Shown: piece by piece, positions 12,500-25,049 of the stretch
Layout of the letters: each line of letters begins with the position of its first letter
Numbering within the stretch: the stretch's first letter is position 1
Source: Mobula hypostoma
Lineage: Eukaryota
Assembly (NCBI RefSeq): GCF_963921235.1
Contig: NC_086097.1
Coordinates: forward strand, 68,078,001-68,142,000
Direction: 5' to 3'
DNA length: 64,000 nt
Translations under genes and position numbers: made by a program
The notes under the pieces: model-generated
Database searches by the model: none
What the model saw: only the letters and a program-made list of their open reading frames with translations
What the model was told of the DNA's origin: nothing

Positions 12500-13025
12500 G
12501 CTTTGTTGAGCACCTCGGCCTCATCCACCAAAAGCATAATTTTCCACTGGCCATCCATTTTAATTCCTATTCCCGATCCCATTCTGACACGCTGCTCCAT
12601 GGTCTCCCTTTCAGGGTGGAAGAGCAACATTTCTTATTTTGTCACGGTAGCCTCCAACCCGATGAAACAAACATAGATTTCTCCATCCGGTAATTTTTCA
12701 GATTTTCTCTCTTTTCTTTTCTTTTCCTCTCCAGATTCACTCTTCTGCTATTGCCCACTCTGGCCTCTTCAATCAGGTTCCTTCTTCTCCGGCCCTTTAC
12801 CTTTCCCAGACATCTGGCTGCACCTATCACCTTCTGGCTTGCCCTCCTTCCCCTTCTCCCACCTTTTTATTCTGCATCTTCTCCCTTCCTTTCCAGACCC
12901 GATGAATGATCTCAGCGTGAAACATCGACTGTTATTCATTTTCACAGATGCTACCTGACTTGTTGAGTTCCTCCATCATTTTGCGTGCATTGCTTTGGAT
13001 TTCCAGCATCTTTAAAATTCCTTCT
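12500..13025 (+). mobile_element. Penelope-like 3' fragment with decayed hammerhead at about 12894-12931
   Basis: ORF 12463..12693 'FVEHLGLIHQK..PLAIHFNSYSRSHSD..GSLQPDETNIDFS' followed by pLTR text. Confidence 0.8.
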
Positions 13026-13454
13026 GTTTATAATAACTTCTTGACTCTCAGAACACAAACTGTGGTAGAATTTGACAACATAAAGTGGTGTACAAGAAAG
13101 GGAGAGTTATAATTAGTGTAACCGATGTTTGTATGGTTGCTTATGTACTATATGGGTACATAAGGTGGTGAACAAGACAAAAACAGAAAGATAGCACAAG
13201 TCCTAATCTTTAACAAAATTTACAGCATCATGACTTTCTACCTCTCTCAGTTCATGGATGACCATTTGGCCTTGAATAAATGCCACATTGTCATAGGGAC
13301 AGAGAATCAAATAATCTTAACATGGTGTATTGTCTCAAGTTAAAAGTAAAGACTTAAATTAATAAATTACCTTTCATAACCTTGAAACCACAGATTTCTC
13401 TTCAGCCAGAAAGGCACTATAATAGTATGGTTACTATTTTAATCATGAACACCT

Positions 13455-13600
13455 GTCAGCCTATTTGCACACACCATGGTTTCACAAACAGCTGTGTGAT
13501 AATGATCAATTAACCTATTATGCTGTTAATGATTCAGATATAAATATTGATTGGCCAAGAAAACTCACCTGCTCTTCTTTGAATATAGCTCTAGTCAGAA
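13455..13600 (-). mobile_element. Ancient Deu-domain SINE remnant (SacSINE1/AmnSINE1-like)
   Basis: 'cagcctatttgcacac...cacaaacagctgtgtgataatga...ataaatattg..ggcc...aactcacctgctcttctttgaa' resembles the antisense Deu domain as I recall it. Not aligned. Confidence 0.5.
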
Positions 13601-13885
13601 TCTCTCACGTTACAAGTGTTGGTAGGATTTCAATAATTTTGTTAGAATTGATTACTTCCTTAGAATTAGAGCTAATAGTTAAATTCTTGTCATCAGTAAA
13701 CTAATGTAATTGGTTTATAGAGATATAAAAAGATGCCTTACCAGAAGAATTAACAGTGAGGTTGTTATAAGTCAGGTAAAGAGCAAGTTTTGATGTCTGA
13801 GAGAAGTGTGTCAAAACTATAGTCTTCAAATTCACAAGTTGATAGAACATATTCTTGTCCAAAATTGGTTGAAAACATTTTTTTA

Positions 13886-14519
13886 GATTAGATTATGAGG
13901 ACACTCAGTCCTTGTTTATTGTCATTTAGAAATGCATGCATTAAGAAATGATACACTGTTCCTCCAGTATGATATCACAGAAACACAAGACAGACCAAGA
14001 CTAAACCTGACAAAAACCACATAATTATAACATATAGTTACAACAGTGCAAAGCAATACCGTAATTTGATAAAGAGCAGACCATAGGCACGGTAAAAAAA
14101 GTCTCAAAGTCCTGATAGCCCCATCATCTCACGCAGACGGTAGAAGGGAGAAACTCCCCCTACCATGAACCTCCAGCACCACAAACTTGCCAATGCAGCA
14201 TCCTGGAAGCACCCGACCACAGCCGACTCTGAGTCCGTCCGAAAACTTTGAGCCTCTGACCAGCCCTCCGACACCGAGCACTGAGCACCATCTCTGCTGA
14301 GCGCTTCGACCCCGCCCTGGCTGCCGAGCAACAAGCAAAGCCGAGGACTTGGGGCCTTCCCCACCGGAGATTCTGGATCTCACAGTAGCAGCGGCAACGA
14401 AACAGGCATTTCAGAAGTTTCGCCAGATGTTCCTCTGTGCTTCTCACGTCTGCCTCCATCAAATCAGGATTGTGCATGGCATCCTACTTGACAAATAACA
14501 GATATTCATCACCAGAATG
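13886..14519 (-). mobile_element. Unclassified ~630-bp element, copy 2 (inverted)
   Basis: Begins agattagattatgaggacactcag, the reverse complement of the copy 1 end, and shares the same 5' boundary. Confidence 0.8.
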
Positions 14520-14726
14520 ATGATAAATAAATTTGTTTTATTTTTGTTGAGCTGAGCAAAGATTTAGTTTCAGCATATCTCCCTCTATGTGGAGAGTTAA
14601 TAATAGCTAATGTTTTGGTCAAATATGAATTAAACAGCTTCACATTTACTCCTTGTGGATAGGGAAACAATGGATCAATCATGGATTTTTCTCTGGTCTC
14701 ATTCATAACTCTCCCATTGGCTAATA

Positions 14727-15323
14727 TCGTGGTCGTCAACCTTTTTAAGCCCAACATCCCCTACCTCGGCCTTAGTGAAAGGCAAGATCGACCTACTAAA
14801 TTGGTTAGTCACACGCATGTGCACCAGGCAGAAAGGACCGGAAGTAAAACCCCGCCACCCAGTTAAGATAATGACACCACTGTTTTTTGTTTCCCAGTTA
14901 TTATATTTGGGGAATGTTGGAATTTAAAGGGGGAGAAGTGTTGTAATGTGAGCATTATAAAGATAAATACAAATTAGGATAATGGTAATATAGCAATATG
15001 CCCACTATGAAAAGCTGTTTGTAAAGAGAGGTTGCTTCCGGGTTGCAGGGTTTTACTTCCGGTCTTTTCTACCGCGGTGCATGGTGGGGGAGCTACACAC
15101 ATGCGCACTAGGCAGGAAAAATGGAATTAAAACCCCGCAACCCGGAAACAATCTCTCTTTACAACAGCTTTCAGTATCGGCAGTATTGCTATATTACCAC
15201 TATTCAAATTAGTATTACTTATTTTTATAATGCTCACATTACAACAGTATTTGTGTATTTATTTTTCACTTTTTTCAGGATCTACTGGGAAAGTCTCAAA
15301 GATCGACCGGTTGGCGACTACTA
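14727..15323. mobile_element. hAT-type MITE with a large internal palindrome
   Basis: TIRs tcgtggtcgtcaacc and ggttggcgactacta. 8-bp TSD ggctaata (14719-26) and ggctacta (15324-31). Confidence 0.85.
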
Positions 15324-15717
15324 GGCTACTATATAAAATGGAGCTCTGATCTTGACTTCAGTACTTAGCAACTTAACTGAACTGCAGAAACCCTCATATT
15401 TGCTGACCATGTTCTTGCTTGGAGGTTTCTCCTACCTCATTTGCAAGCGAACCACAGCCACCTGGCTAGTCCTTCACCTCAGCCTCACCACATGCCTCAG
15501 ATGGCCCATGGTCACCAGCCTGCCCTTTCAGATCTGCATTCCCAGATCTAACCCCGGCTCTGGGCAACATTGTCCTTTTTTTCCACTTGTACAGTTGTGC
15601 CCAACACCTTGGACCTGAATTGCTATTGAAAGTTATAGTGATGGGCAAACAAACAAAACAATTATTTGGCACAATCCTGCTGTGAACATCTGGTTCACTG
15701 ATTTTGATGTATTAGAA

Positions 15718-15935
15718 TGTTGTTGTTGAGTGCAGTTGAGCTGTTGCTGACTGGTGGCGACCCGATAGATAGTGTAGTTGTCCATCGGATTTTCGTGGCA
15801 AGATATGGAAGTAGATTTCCAGGCCTTTCTTCTATGCAGATACTGCTGCTACCCAGGTTGGGACCTGGCCGGGTTTGAACTCAGGACCATCTGCCTTGAA
15901 ATCCAGTGCTGATGCCACTGCACCACTGCCCAGCC
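15718..15935 (-). mobile_element. tRNA-derived SINE with an RTE/Bov-B-like (CAA)n tail
   Basis: Minus strand has A box tggtgcagtgg and B box gagttcaaacc. The 3' end reads gggtcgcc...gcactcaacaacaac. Confidence 0.7.
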
Positions 15936-18900
15936 CAAAAATTTAACATTACAATTTTATAGACTCACAAATTCCTGCTCCTTAAAAGAAATGCCATGTA
16001 AAATACTAGGCATTAAACAATTAAATATCTATCCATTTTCTAGAATAACAAACAGATATGCACAATATTTTTGACAGCAATATGAAACTCCAAATACTTT
16101 GAAAGTACTATAAGGAATGGATCCAAGAAAAACACATTGGCCCTGACCAGGATAGTCTAATTATGCTAATTGCTTCATACCCACACTTTATTTATGCTAA
16201 GTAGCTCAGATAAATAAAATGAAATTGCTTTGGGTCTAATTTTATTCATTTTTAATGCAAAATAGCTTGTGTTTGTTATGTGTGAGCTGAGCTATTTACA
16301 TTAAATTCCGCAGGTAATTGCAGTTTGTCTGCACATTTATTGGTTTCTGCACTGAGCTCAAGACAAAGTCCATCTGTTTTATGATGAAACTGTTTGCATT
16401 ACTTGGATTACAAATCAGACAAATGATGCTGTAATTGTTTATGTATCTGGCTTGACAGTTACAATGTGATGCTTGCAAAATGTATAAATTTAACTTAGGC
16501 TTTCTGAATATAAAATTTCTGAACAAAATTAGTCAAAGCAATATGAGAAAAAGGAAAAATTAGGCATGCAGTTAAGCAGGTTTGTTTTCATGAGGCAGAC
16601 GATTTTCTAAACTGCAATGCTTTCCAAGAGATTCCAAGAGATTTGTCACTTAATTTTTCTGTTTTTAGCAAAGACTAGAAACTAATTCAGAAATAAAGAC
16701 ATTAAACTATATGCAAGAAAAACTGATATATTGAAGTCTCTCAAGCTCAGGTTCTAATCACCATAGAATTAAATCATTTAAATCCTGAAGGTGAGTGTAA
16801 TGTATTAGAATTTATGTACACCCAACTTGTAGAGGTAAGAGATAGCAATCCCTCTCAAAATAAATAGAATGAACAATGTTTGAAGCAGGAGAACAGCATA
16901 CATAACAGCATGCATGCATTTTATGTTATCGTAATAGAAAAAATAATAATCTGCTTTATGTGAAGTTGTGGCATTAGTGGCTTGCAGTATGTTTTGTTGA
17001 CTACACCATAACATTGGTAATTTTGTGGAGTCCACCAAGTATAGGTAAAATTACATCAATTCCCTTTCTTTTATAATAGAAAATTCCTCTCAAACCTGCA
17101 GCAGAATAGTCCTGGTATGGTAGTTACATCCTCATTCAATTCAATAGAAGATGTTGAGTGTGGAGAACTGAGTCATTAATATTCTTAGCTGATGGTTTGA
17201 TGATTTAGAGTGGATGCAAGTATTCTAAGTCTTCTTAAGTGTAGTTTCCTTTAGATTTTAAACAAGAAGTTATTGTGTTATTTTTTGATAAAGAGGAAAA
17301 ATACAAACTGCATACAGGCTGCACCCATGATCAGGATCAAACTTGGATTCCTGCAGAAGCAAGACAGCCCATTAATCTCTCAGAATAAGCTGGTAAGCAC
17401 TTTATCACAGATAAATGCAGCTCTGAAAGCATAACTGTTAATAACTGGGGACAAAGTGACTATTTAGGTGCGAAACCCCATTTGATAAATAAATGATGTC
17501 TCTCAAGAGGTCATCTGGATCTTGGTGAATAATGGGTCATAATTCCACCTCCTTTATCAATAAATTAAAAAAGACAGTGAAATAAACAGAGGAAAGACTG
17601 AAAACTAGCGACCGTGTTCAAGGGGAATAAAATTGGCTAAAGGGAAAATATTAATGATTTTTAAATTTTCAAACTTTCAATAATCTATTGAATGGAGCTT
17701 CAACTTTCAAATGGCCCCTTATATTATTCATTGTGGATTTAACCTTCTTAATGTACAACCACAGTACCTTTACAAAACTCTTGGGAAATTTATGCAAGAT
17801 GGCAATTTCCTACAATCCACAGGACATTTCTTCTTCACAAACAAATGACAGGTTAAAACATTTTGGAATGAAGATTGTACAACTCTAACTGATTGGGCAA
17901 CTGTGAAATGGTGAGCTCCAGGAAATTTTGAGATAGATAGATAGATACTTCATTGATCCCAAAGGAAATTACAGTGCACACTAGTCATGCAACTGTGCTT
18001 CACTGAGATCACCCAAGGCTGAAGTATATTTCAGTCTGATTCCTAAAACAGCTATAGATACACCCAACAGGTGGTTGGTTAGCTCACCAGCACTGTATAA
18101 AACTAAACTGTCTTGCATACTGAGCTCGATGGGTTTTATGGAGTACTGATTAAAAAATAAAAATATAATGATACAACCAGATGAAAGCTGAAGACACAAG
18201 GCACATTATTATAATGCTAATGCTGTAATTGGCAATTTTACAGAAACCTGCTATACTGCAAACTTCTCTCACCATTAGCAATTAGCCTTCAATTAACCTT
18301 TGGATGCATTATTTACTACAGTTGTTTTTGTGACCTTATAAGGACAGGCCGGTTAAATGCTTTTGGAATGGAACAATATTCTGTATGTCTCGCCACTGTA
18401 AAATAGTGCAACAAACTTCCTAGAAATTATACCAAGGAGAAAACATTCATTAAATTTAAATCATCAACATGCCAATTAATACAATACTCTTTTCTTTATA
18501 CCATGTATTTAGTTGGATAGATGTGCCCGTTCTAGCACTCTCAATATATAGCTTCATTACAAAAGTGAGTTTTGAATTTATATATCATAATCTACAATTA
18601 ACTTTATTTTTTATATTTTAACAGTTTTAACTACTGCAGATGCTATACAAAATACTGATCTTCATTAAATGTCCTCAGAAAAAAGTTTATTTATGTATTA
18701 CACGGTTCTCATGTAGTTAAAAGAACTCCTTGCTATGTTAGTACTTCTCAGTAAAATTTACTTTAAAAGTCATGACATGAGATGAACTGTTCAGTAACAA
18801 TATTCTCTGTTAAATGATTAAATAATGCATGTATCCAACACTTTCCAGAGCATCACCAAAATGCCCTTGCCTAAAGTCACAAATGATATTCTTTCCATTC

Positions 18901-20432
18901 TGTGCTTTACCCTTCCTCATCCTCATGAACTGCATGGCCATCTTTGTCCAGATAACCACACAATCCTCCTTCATTAACTTCTCTTTTGTCCAGTTCTTTT
19001 TTTTCCATTTTTACCAATTCAGTTACGGCAGAATATCTTGCCATGTGACTTCTCTTTCCAACCATATCCATTTTTTTCTGGAAGTTACCATGAATTTATC
19101 TTCAGACTCCCTCTTCCTCATCCAGGTGGTGCTCTTTGTAATATCTTCAAACATGGTTTCAGCTTCCAGATATTTGCTGATAACATTATTTCTTTCTTTC
19201 AATTTCTCTGAATTGAGCAGCTTTTTTAATTTAGCCACTGTCCATGTCTTTACATATTGTTTGTTTGTCTAATTTTTAACCTTTAATGAACCACATCTTT
19301 TTCCTGTTAAATAGTGTAAGGACATGTTCTAAGTTCCACACCTCAACATCTTTCTTTCTGTCCACCATCTCAGACTAATCAGACACATTATCAACTTGAT
19401 CACATTGTTGACTTAACCTCTCTATGCCCAAGAGCACTTTGTAACTTCTTTATTACTTGCAAAGAGTCTTTGGATGTGATTTCCATTAACTTCATGTTTC
19501 ATAATTAATTAATTTAATTTTTTATCCTTTGAAATTCTGTAATTATTTCTTCCCAAACCTCTACCCCCGATTTTAACCTTCTATCCCTCCTTCAACCCTC
19601 ATCACTCCACTCTGTGTTTCAGTTATCTGCTTACTTCACAACTTTCTTCATTTTATCTTCTTCAGCTTCATATCTACTTTCTTCTTTATGGACTATGGCA
19701 TGATGAGGGAAAGTTATTGTCAACCATTAAAACACTGTGCGAGTTAATTAATTTTGAAGAAATATACAACCTACAAACTTCATGGGTTTAGAAGTTACAG
19801 TTCATACAGGGATTGGAACTTTCTTGGCCACAGAGGAAAGACATCTGGTAGGATCATGATAGGTGGGAATAAAAAAGTCAATATGTATAGATAATTATTG
19901 ATGCAGGGAAAAGCATTCTGAGAAATCTCATTCCTATTTCCATAATCTACCATCCAAAACATTCTAGCACAAATCACAGTCAGTCAATTGCAGGGGCAGT
20001 TATGTGGCGTTGACACTAGGAAAAAACATAACACGTTTACAAATTATTATTACTCTTAGATTGAAAGCAATTGATGTCATATCCTTAGAGGTGATTCATA
20101 TCCATCTTCCTGCTAAAGATGATAACTGAACCAGCAAACGGCTTCAACTGGTCAGCTAATGCTATCACAGTACAATATATATCATAATATAAATTATGTG
20201 AAATAAACTCTTTAAGAAACCAAGGTTAACAATGTTATAGTTTGGAATCTGATAAAGAAATGAGTGACTCTGATATGGAAAACAATGGTGTTTTGAATGG
20301 ATCTCAGTTAAGATCACTGAAAGAACAAACAACATAAAGATTGCAAGGACGATGAATAAAAGAATCATGCAGATTTGAGTTGAAAAGAGTATTGAATATC
20401 ACGTTTCTGAGAAATGAAGGGCACTAACCTTA

Positions 20433-20969
20433 TGTAACACACTGTAAGGTTTCACTGCTAATGTAATGGCTATGACTAGAGATAACAGGGCTTTGGAATG
20501 TGGGGCTAGCCAATGAGAGGGATGATTTTCTTTCTTGTGGGTCTGGAAGAGAGATTTTCGGGGATTTTTTTGGTCAGCGAGGGAAGAAGAAAGAAGACAC
20601 GTGTGGAGAGAGCTGGCAGACCACTGGATGGAGTGGACTGGGAGCGAGGGTCCGACAGTCAGCGATGCTCGGAGGAGGTCGATGGTTGACGAACGGCTGT
20701 ATCAGTGAGCTCCAACATGCACCTTTGACTTTTTCCTTAAACTGGGCCCTTTTTCTTTTTATTTTCTTTACTAACCCTATATTTAGATTAAGATTTATAA
20801 AGTTCAATCATTTAATTGCATATGGTGTACTGCCTGATATTTTGCAGTGCAGATTTGTAACCGGGCAACATATCACGCAGCATCCACACAAATGAGATTT
20901 CTCAGTTTGAAGGGGCCAGAAGCTGCCTTGCCCTAGACGAACACGTGCTGGCTGAGCCTGAGGGTGACA
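20433..20969 (+). mobile_element. Solo LTR (Gypsy/ERV type)
   Basis: TGTAAC...GTGACA termini with an exact 4-bp TSD ctta (20429-32 and 20970-73). CpG-richer than flanks. CCAAT at about 20510. Orientation tentative. Confidence 0.8.
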
Positions 20970-21399
20970 CTTAGAATAGGAATTTGGATCAAATGTGTGT
21001 ATTGTGTTAAATTTTGTTGAAGAATTTTTATATAGGAATCCTTTCTGGCAGTTGAGGCTGGACAAGACACATCATCAGTACTAGAATATAATTTTATTGG
21101 AAATATGACCAAGAATAGCCATATTATTCAAAACAATGATCTGGCTCCTACTCATCTCAGGAAATGACCTCTCCATCTGCAGTTGAACACAGTAAATCAT
21201 TTCCACAAAAGGAAGTTACAATGATATTCCCCTTGAGAAATCTAGTATTTATGAAGGTTAAATTCTGGAAGGTAATTAAATTTGAATTTGGATAATTTAT
21301 TACCATCTTGAGTCAAATAGCATTGCTACTTTTCAGAAAATTCTTTTTCACTTGTTTCTTGGTTTTGATTTTCATCAACATAGTATTTATTTTATTTAG

Positions 21400-21655
21400 A
21401 GAGAGAGAGAACGCAGAATAGGCCTTCTCGTCCCTTCGAGATGTGCTGCCCAGCAACCCCCAATTTAACCCTAGCCAAATCATGGGACAATTTACAATGA
21501 CCTATTAACTGTCAGTGCAAGGAAACCAGAAGACCTGGAGAAAACCCATGCATTCTATGGGGAGGACGTACAAACTCCTTACAGGTGATGTTGGAATTGA
21601 ACTCTGAATTCCAACGCCCAGAGCTGTAATAGGGTCATGTTATCTGCTACATTAA
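21400..21655 (-). mobile_element. HE1-type V-SINE
   Basis: Antisense 'ggaaaccagaagacctggagaaaacccatgca..ggggaggacgtacaaactcctta..ggaattgaac'. Further copies at 24535-24770 and 38385-38610. Confidence 0.7.
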
Positions 21656-21859
21656 GGTATACCTTTTGTGCCCTCCTAATAAAATAAAATAAAAGCTAAA
21701 GATTTGGGTGCTCTTGCAGCGTACAAATTAAAGGGTCAGTGTGAAACTGGCTGCCTTAGTAATGAAGGTGCTCTTTTACTCAAATACATATCAAAGAGAA
21801 TAAAATCAACTCAATAGATCACAAAATATACCATTCTTAATAAGGTCTAAACCATAAAA

Positions 21860-22620
21860 CAAAAACAGAAATGCTGGAAGAGCTCAGCTGCAGAAAGAAA
21901 AATCAGTCAAAGTTTTGGATCAATGACTGTCCTTCAGAACTGGGAGAAGAGTGGGGATTTACAGTTTTCAATGCAGAGCTGGAGGGAGGAGTGAGGTATG
22001 AGACAAAAGTGATTGGTTAAGACAGATCAGGTGACAAGGAGCATAAGTACTAACTATTAGTGAAGAATTTTAAAGAATCATTCAGAGATTGGGTGATTGA
22101 TTTGCAGAGCCCAATACTCAGACTGCAGTGGTGACTCTGAATTTCCTGTTGTGTTGTACTTCTGTTCTCAATCTTACTTCATTTCTGACCTGTCTGTCTA
22201 CTGCCTCCTCCAAAGCCACAGTGAAACCAAACATAAGCTAGAAGAGCACCATTAAACTGTCCATCTGGGCACTCTGCAGTCTTTTGCACTGAACAGTACA
22301 TTTTCCAACTTCATGTAAACTGCCCTCTCATAATGACCATTAAAATGTTTTCGCATCCAGTTTCTTTAAAATGCTTCACTAATGGTTAGTACTCATGCTC
22401 CTTATCAATCTAAACCTCTCCCTCGCTTCAGTTTCTTTGGTCATTGTCTTTCACTTCCCTCCTCTCAGTTCTAAGGAAGAGGCCCTGCTTTGATTCTCCC
22501 AGTTCTAAGGAAGTGTTTTTGACTTTTCGTTGGCTTGTTTCTTTTTCCACAGATACTGCTTGCCAGGCTCAGTTCTTCCAACACTTTTGTTCTTGCTTCA
22601 GGTGTCAGCAATTGAAGCTT
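21860..22620. mobile_element. Old Penelope-like remnant, inverted (minus pLTR, then plus 3' end)
   Basis: 'aaatgctggaagagctcagc' arm at left. At right, 'gaagagcacc..ttccatctgggcactctgcag' and 'ttccacagatactgcttgccaggctcagtt'. Confidence 0.6.
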
Positions 22621-23009
22621 TATTTATTTTAACAATGCATATTATTTTTTTATTTCCAATACATACAGGTTTTGGGTTTCGATTTTTGAAATATATGAGA
22701 TAGCTTGGGATTGCATCATTTCCAACTCTGGAGTAATGTGCTACCAGTCTTTGCCTTACACTTTTTCATGACACAAATGCACTTAAAAATAAACAGTATT
22801 ACATACCATTAATAGTGAAAATACAATGTGCGCAGGGTAACAAAAGCAGCACAGCAGTATTGGGAGAATATCTGAATCAAACAACAGCAGGCTTTCAGTC
22901 TCCACCTATGATGCCGTGTTTTGATTAAAAGGTTACAGTACATTGTACTAGTATTTTTCTTTTTTTTTAGGTTTTATGTAAGCTATAAAAAAACAGCGTT
23001 AAAGACTTA

Positions 23010-23191
23010 CAAACAAGGGAAAATCTGCAAACGCTGAAAATCCAAGCAACACACACAAAATGCTGAAGGAATCCAGCAGTTCAGGCAACATCTATTGAAA
23101 AGAGTAAACAATTGATGTTTTGGGCTGTTTACTCTTTTCCATAGATGCTGCCTGACCTGCTGAGTTCTTCCAGCATTTTGTGTGTGTTGCT
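23010..23191. mobile_element. Fold-back Penelope pLTR-only insertion
   Basis: Inverted arms cacacacaaaatgctg...aagagtaaaca and tgtttactctt...cagcattttgtgtgtg. TSD agcgttaaagactta (22995-23009) and agcgttatagactta (23192-23206). Confidence 0.85.
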
Positions 23192-23206
23192 AGCGTTATA
23201 GACTTA

Positions 23207-24240
23207 GACCAAAGGTATAGGAACAGAATTTGGCCATTCAGCCCATCGAGGCTGCTCTGCTATTTCATCATGGCTGATCCTGGATCCCACTCAACCCCAT
23301 ACACCTGTCTTCCTGTTGTATCCTTTGATGCCCTGACTGATCAGAAAACGATTAACTTCCACCTTAAATATACACATGAACTTGGCCTCCTTTGCAGTCT
23401 GTGGCAGAGCATTCCACAGATTTACTACTATCTGGCTAAAAACATTCCTCCTTACCTCTGCCAAAAAGGGTCGCCCCTCAATTATGAAGCTGTGCCCTCT
23501 AGTTCTGGATACCCCTACCATAGGAAACATCCTCTCTAAATTCACCCTATCTAGTCACTTCAACATTCAATGAGTTTCAATGAGATCCCCACGCATTTGT
23601 CTAAATTCCAGTGAGTACAGGCCCAAACCTGCCAAACGCTCCTCGTATGTTAACAGCTTCATTCCCAGAATTATCCTCATGAACCTCCTCTGGGCTCTTT
23701 CTAGTGACAACACATCCTATCTGAGATACTGTTGACAATATTCCAAATGCGGCCTGACTGGTGTCTTATAAAGGCTTAGCATTATCTCCTTGAGTTGGGC
23801 ACGTGGCTAAGTGGTTAAGGCATTCGTCTAGTGATCTGAAGGTTGCTAGTTTGAGCCTCAGCTGTGGCAGCATGTTTGTATCCTTGAGCAAGGCACTTAA
23901 CATTGCTCTAGTGTCTGTGTGAGGAGGGGCGCCCCACACAGACTTCCAATCTGAGCCTTGTAAGGCATGAAAATGCCCGACGCAGGCCTCTCATGGTCTG
24001 AGTCAACGTTCCCTCCCTTCCCTCCCATTACTTCCTTACTTTTATATTCTATTCCCCTTGAAATAAATGCCAACATTGCATTTGCCTTCTTCACCGCAGA
24101 CCCAACCTGTAAATTAACCTTCTGGGAGTCTTGCATGAGGATTCCTAAGTCCCTCTTCATCTCTGATGTTTGAACCTACTCCTGGTTTAGATAATAGTCT
24201 GCACTATTGTTCCTTTTACCAAAACGCGTTATCATACATT
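23207..24240 (-). mobile_element. CR1 3' fragment interrupted by a SINE
   Basis: ORFs 23291..23545 (RTRGHSF..FSQIVVNLWNALP) and 23897..24160 (KKANAMLAFISRGIEYKS). Confidence 0.9.
23793..24025 (+). mobile_element. tRNA-derived SINE with a CORE-like central domain
   Basis: A box tggctaagtgg, B box agtttgagcc, CORE-like tccttgagcaaggcacttaac and a (ttccc)n tail. TSD cattatctcctt (23780-91) and cattacttcctt (24026-37). Confidence 0.8.
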
Positions 24241-24244
24241 TACC

Positions 24245-24534
24245 AGTGTTCTAGTGCTTGATTTTCATCAGCACCGATGTGCACAAATTCATCGATGAAT
24301 TTCTCTGCTGCTTTGTGATCATCAGATGCTTTATCCATAATTTTTAAAAATCTTTAGACTTTTAATACTGTGCCTATTCTCAGAACTGTCTATGGTGCAC
24401 AAAGACCTGTGCATCACCTGGGAACCTTCCCACCACCTTGTGGAATTTTCCATTTTTGACATCATGACAGTGCTTAAAAGAATTTTGGATTTCAGAGGTT
24501 TTCGGAATTTCAGACAAGGGGTACTCAACCTGTA
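24245..24534. mobile_element. Tigger/pogo-like DNA transposon end fragment
   Basis: Ends ...ttttcggaatttcagacaaggggtactcaacctg|ta, a CAGGTTGAGTA-type TIR followed by TA. Confidence 0.45.
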
Positions 24535-25049
24535 CCATTCAAGCCACACTGCCCCAGCAACCCCACAATCCCAATTAACCCTAATCTAATCACAGGGCAA
24601 TTTACAGTGACTAATTAACCTACCCAGTATGCCTTTGGATTATGGGGGGAAGCCGTAGCTCCTGGGGAATACCCAATCCACAGGGAGGACGCAGAGAGAC
24701 TCCTTTTGGGACAGCACCAGAATTGTACTATGAACCTAAGCTGTAATAGCACAGTGCTATCCACTACGCTACACTTGTTGTAAATCATAATTTGTCAATG
24801 AATCAATCAGCAATGAAGATGGGGAAATTGGAAGGCAAACTCTTGTTTATAACAAAAATAAGCACTTAATGTAAAGAGAAACCAGAAGAATTCAGCGGAT
24901 CATGCAGCAACTATGGAATGAAATGGATAGTCAACATTTCGGGTCAAGACCCTTCACCTCAACTCAGATGTAAAGAAAAGTTCTTTCAACAGTAAGAAGG
25001 GAAATTGAGCCAACAAAGGAGGAAGCAAAAATGGTGACTAACATCTTAG

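Noticed and set aside
23793..23865. Possible tRNA genes here and at 15860-15935
   Set aside because: A and B boxes are present, but each continues into a SINE body and tail (with a TSD at 23793), and I see no convincing cloverleaf.
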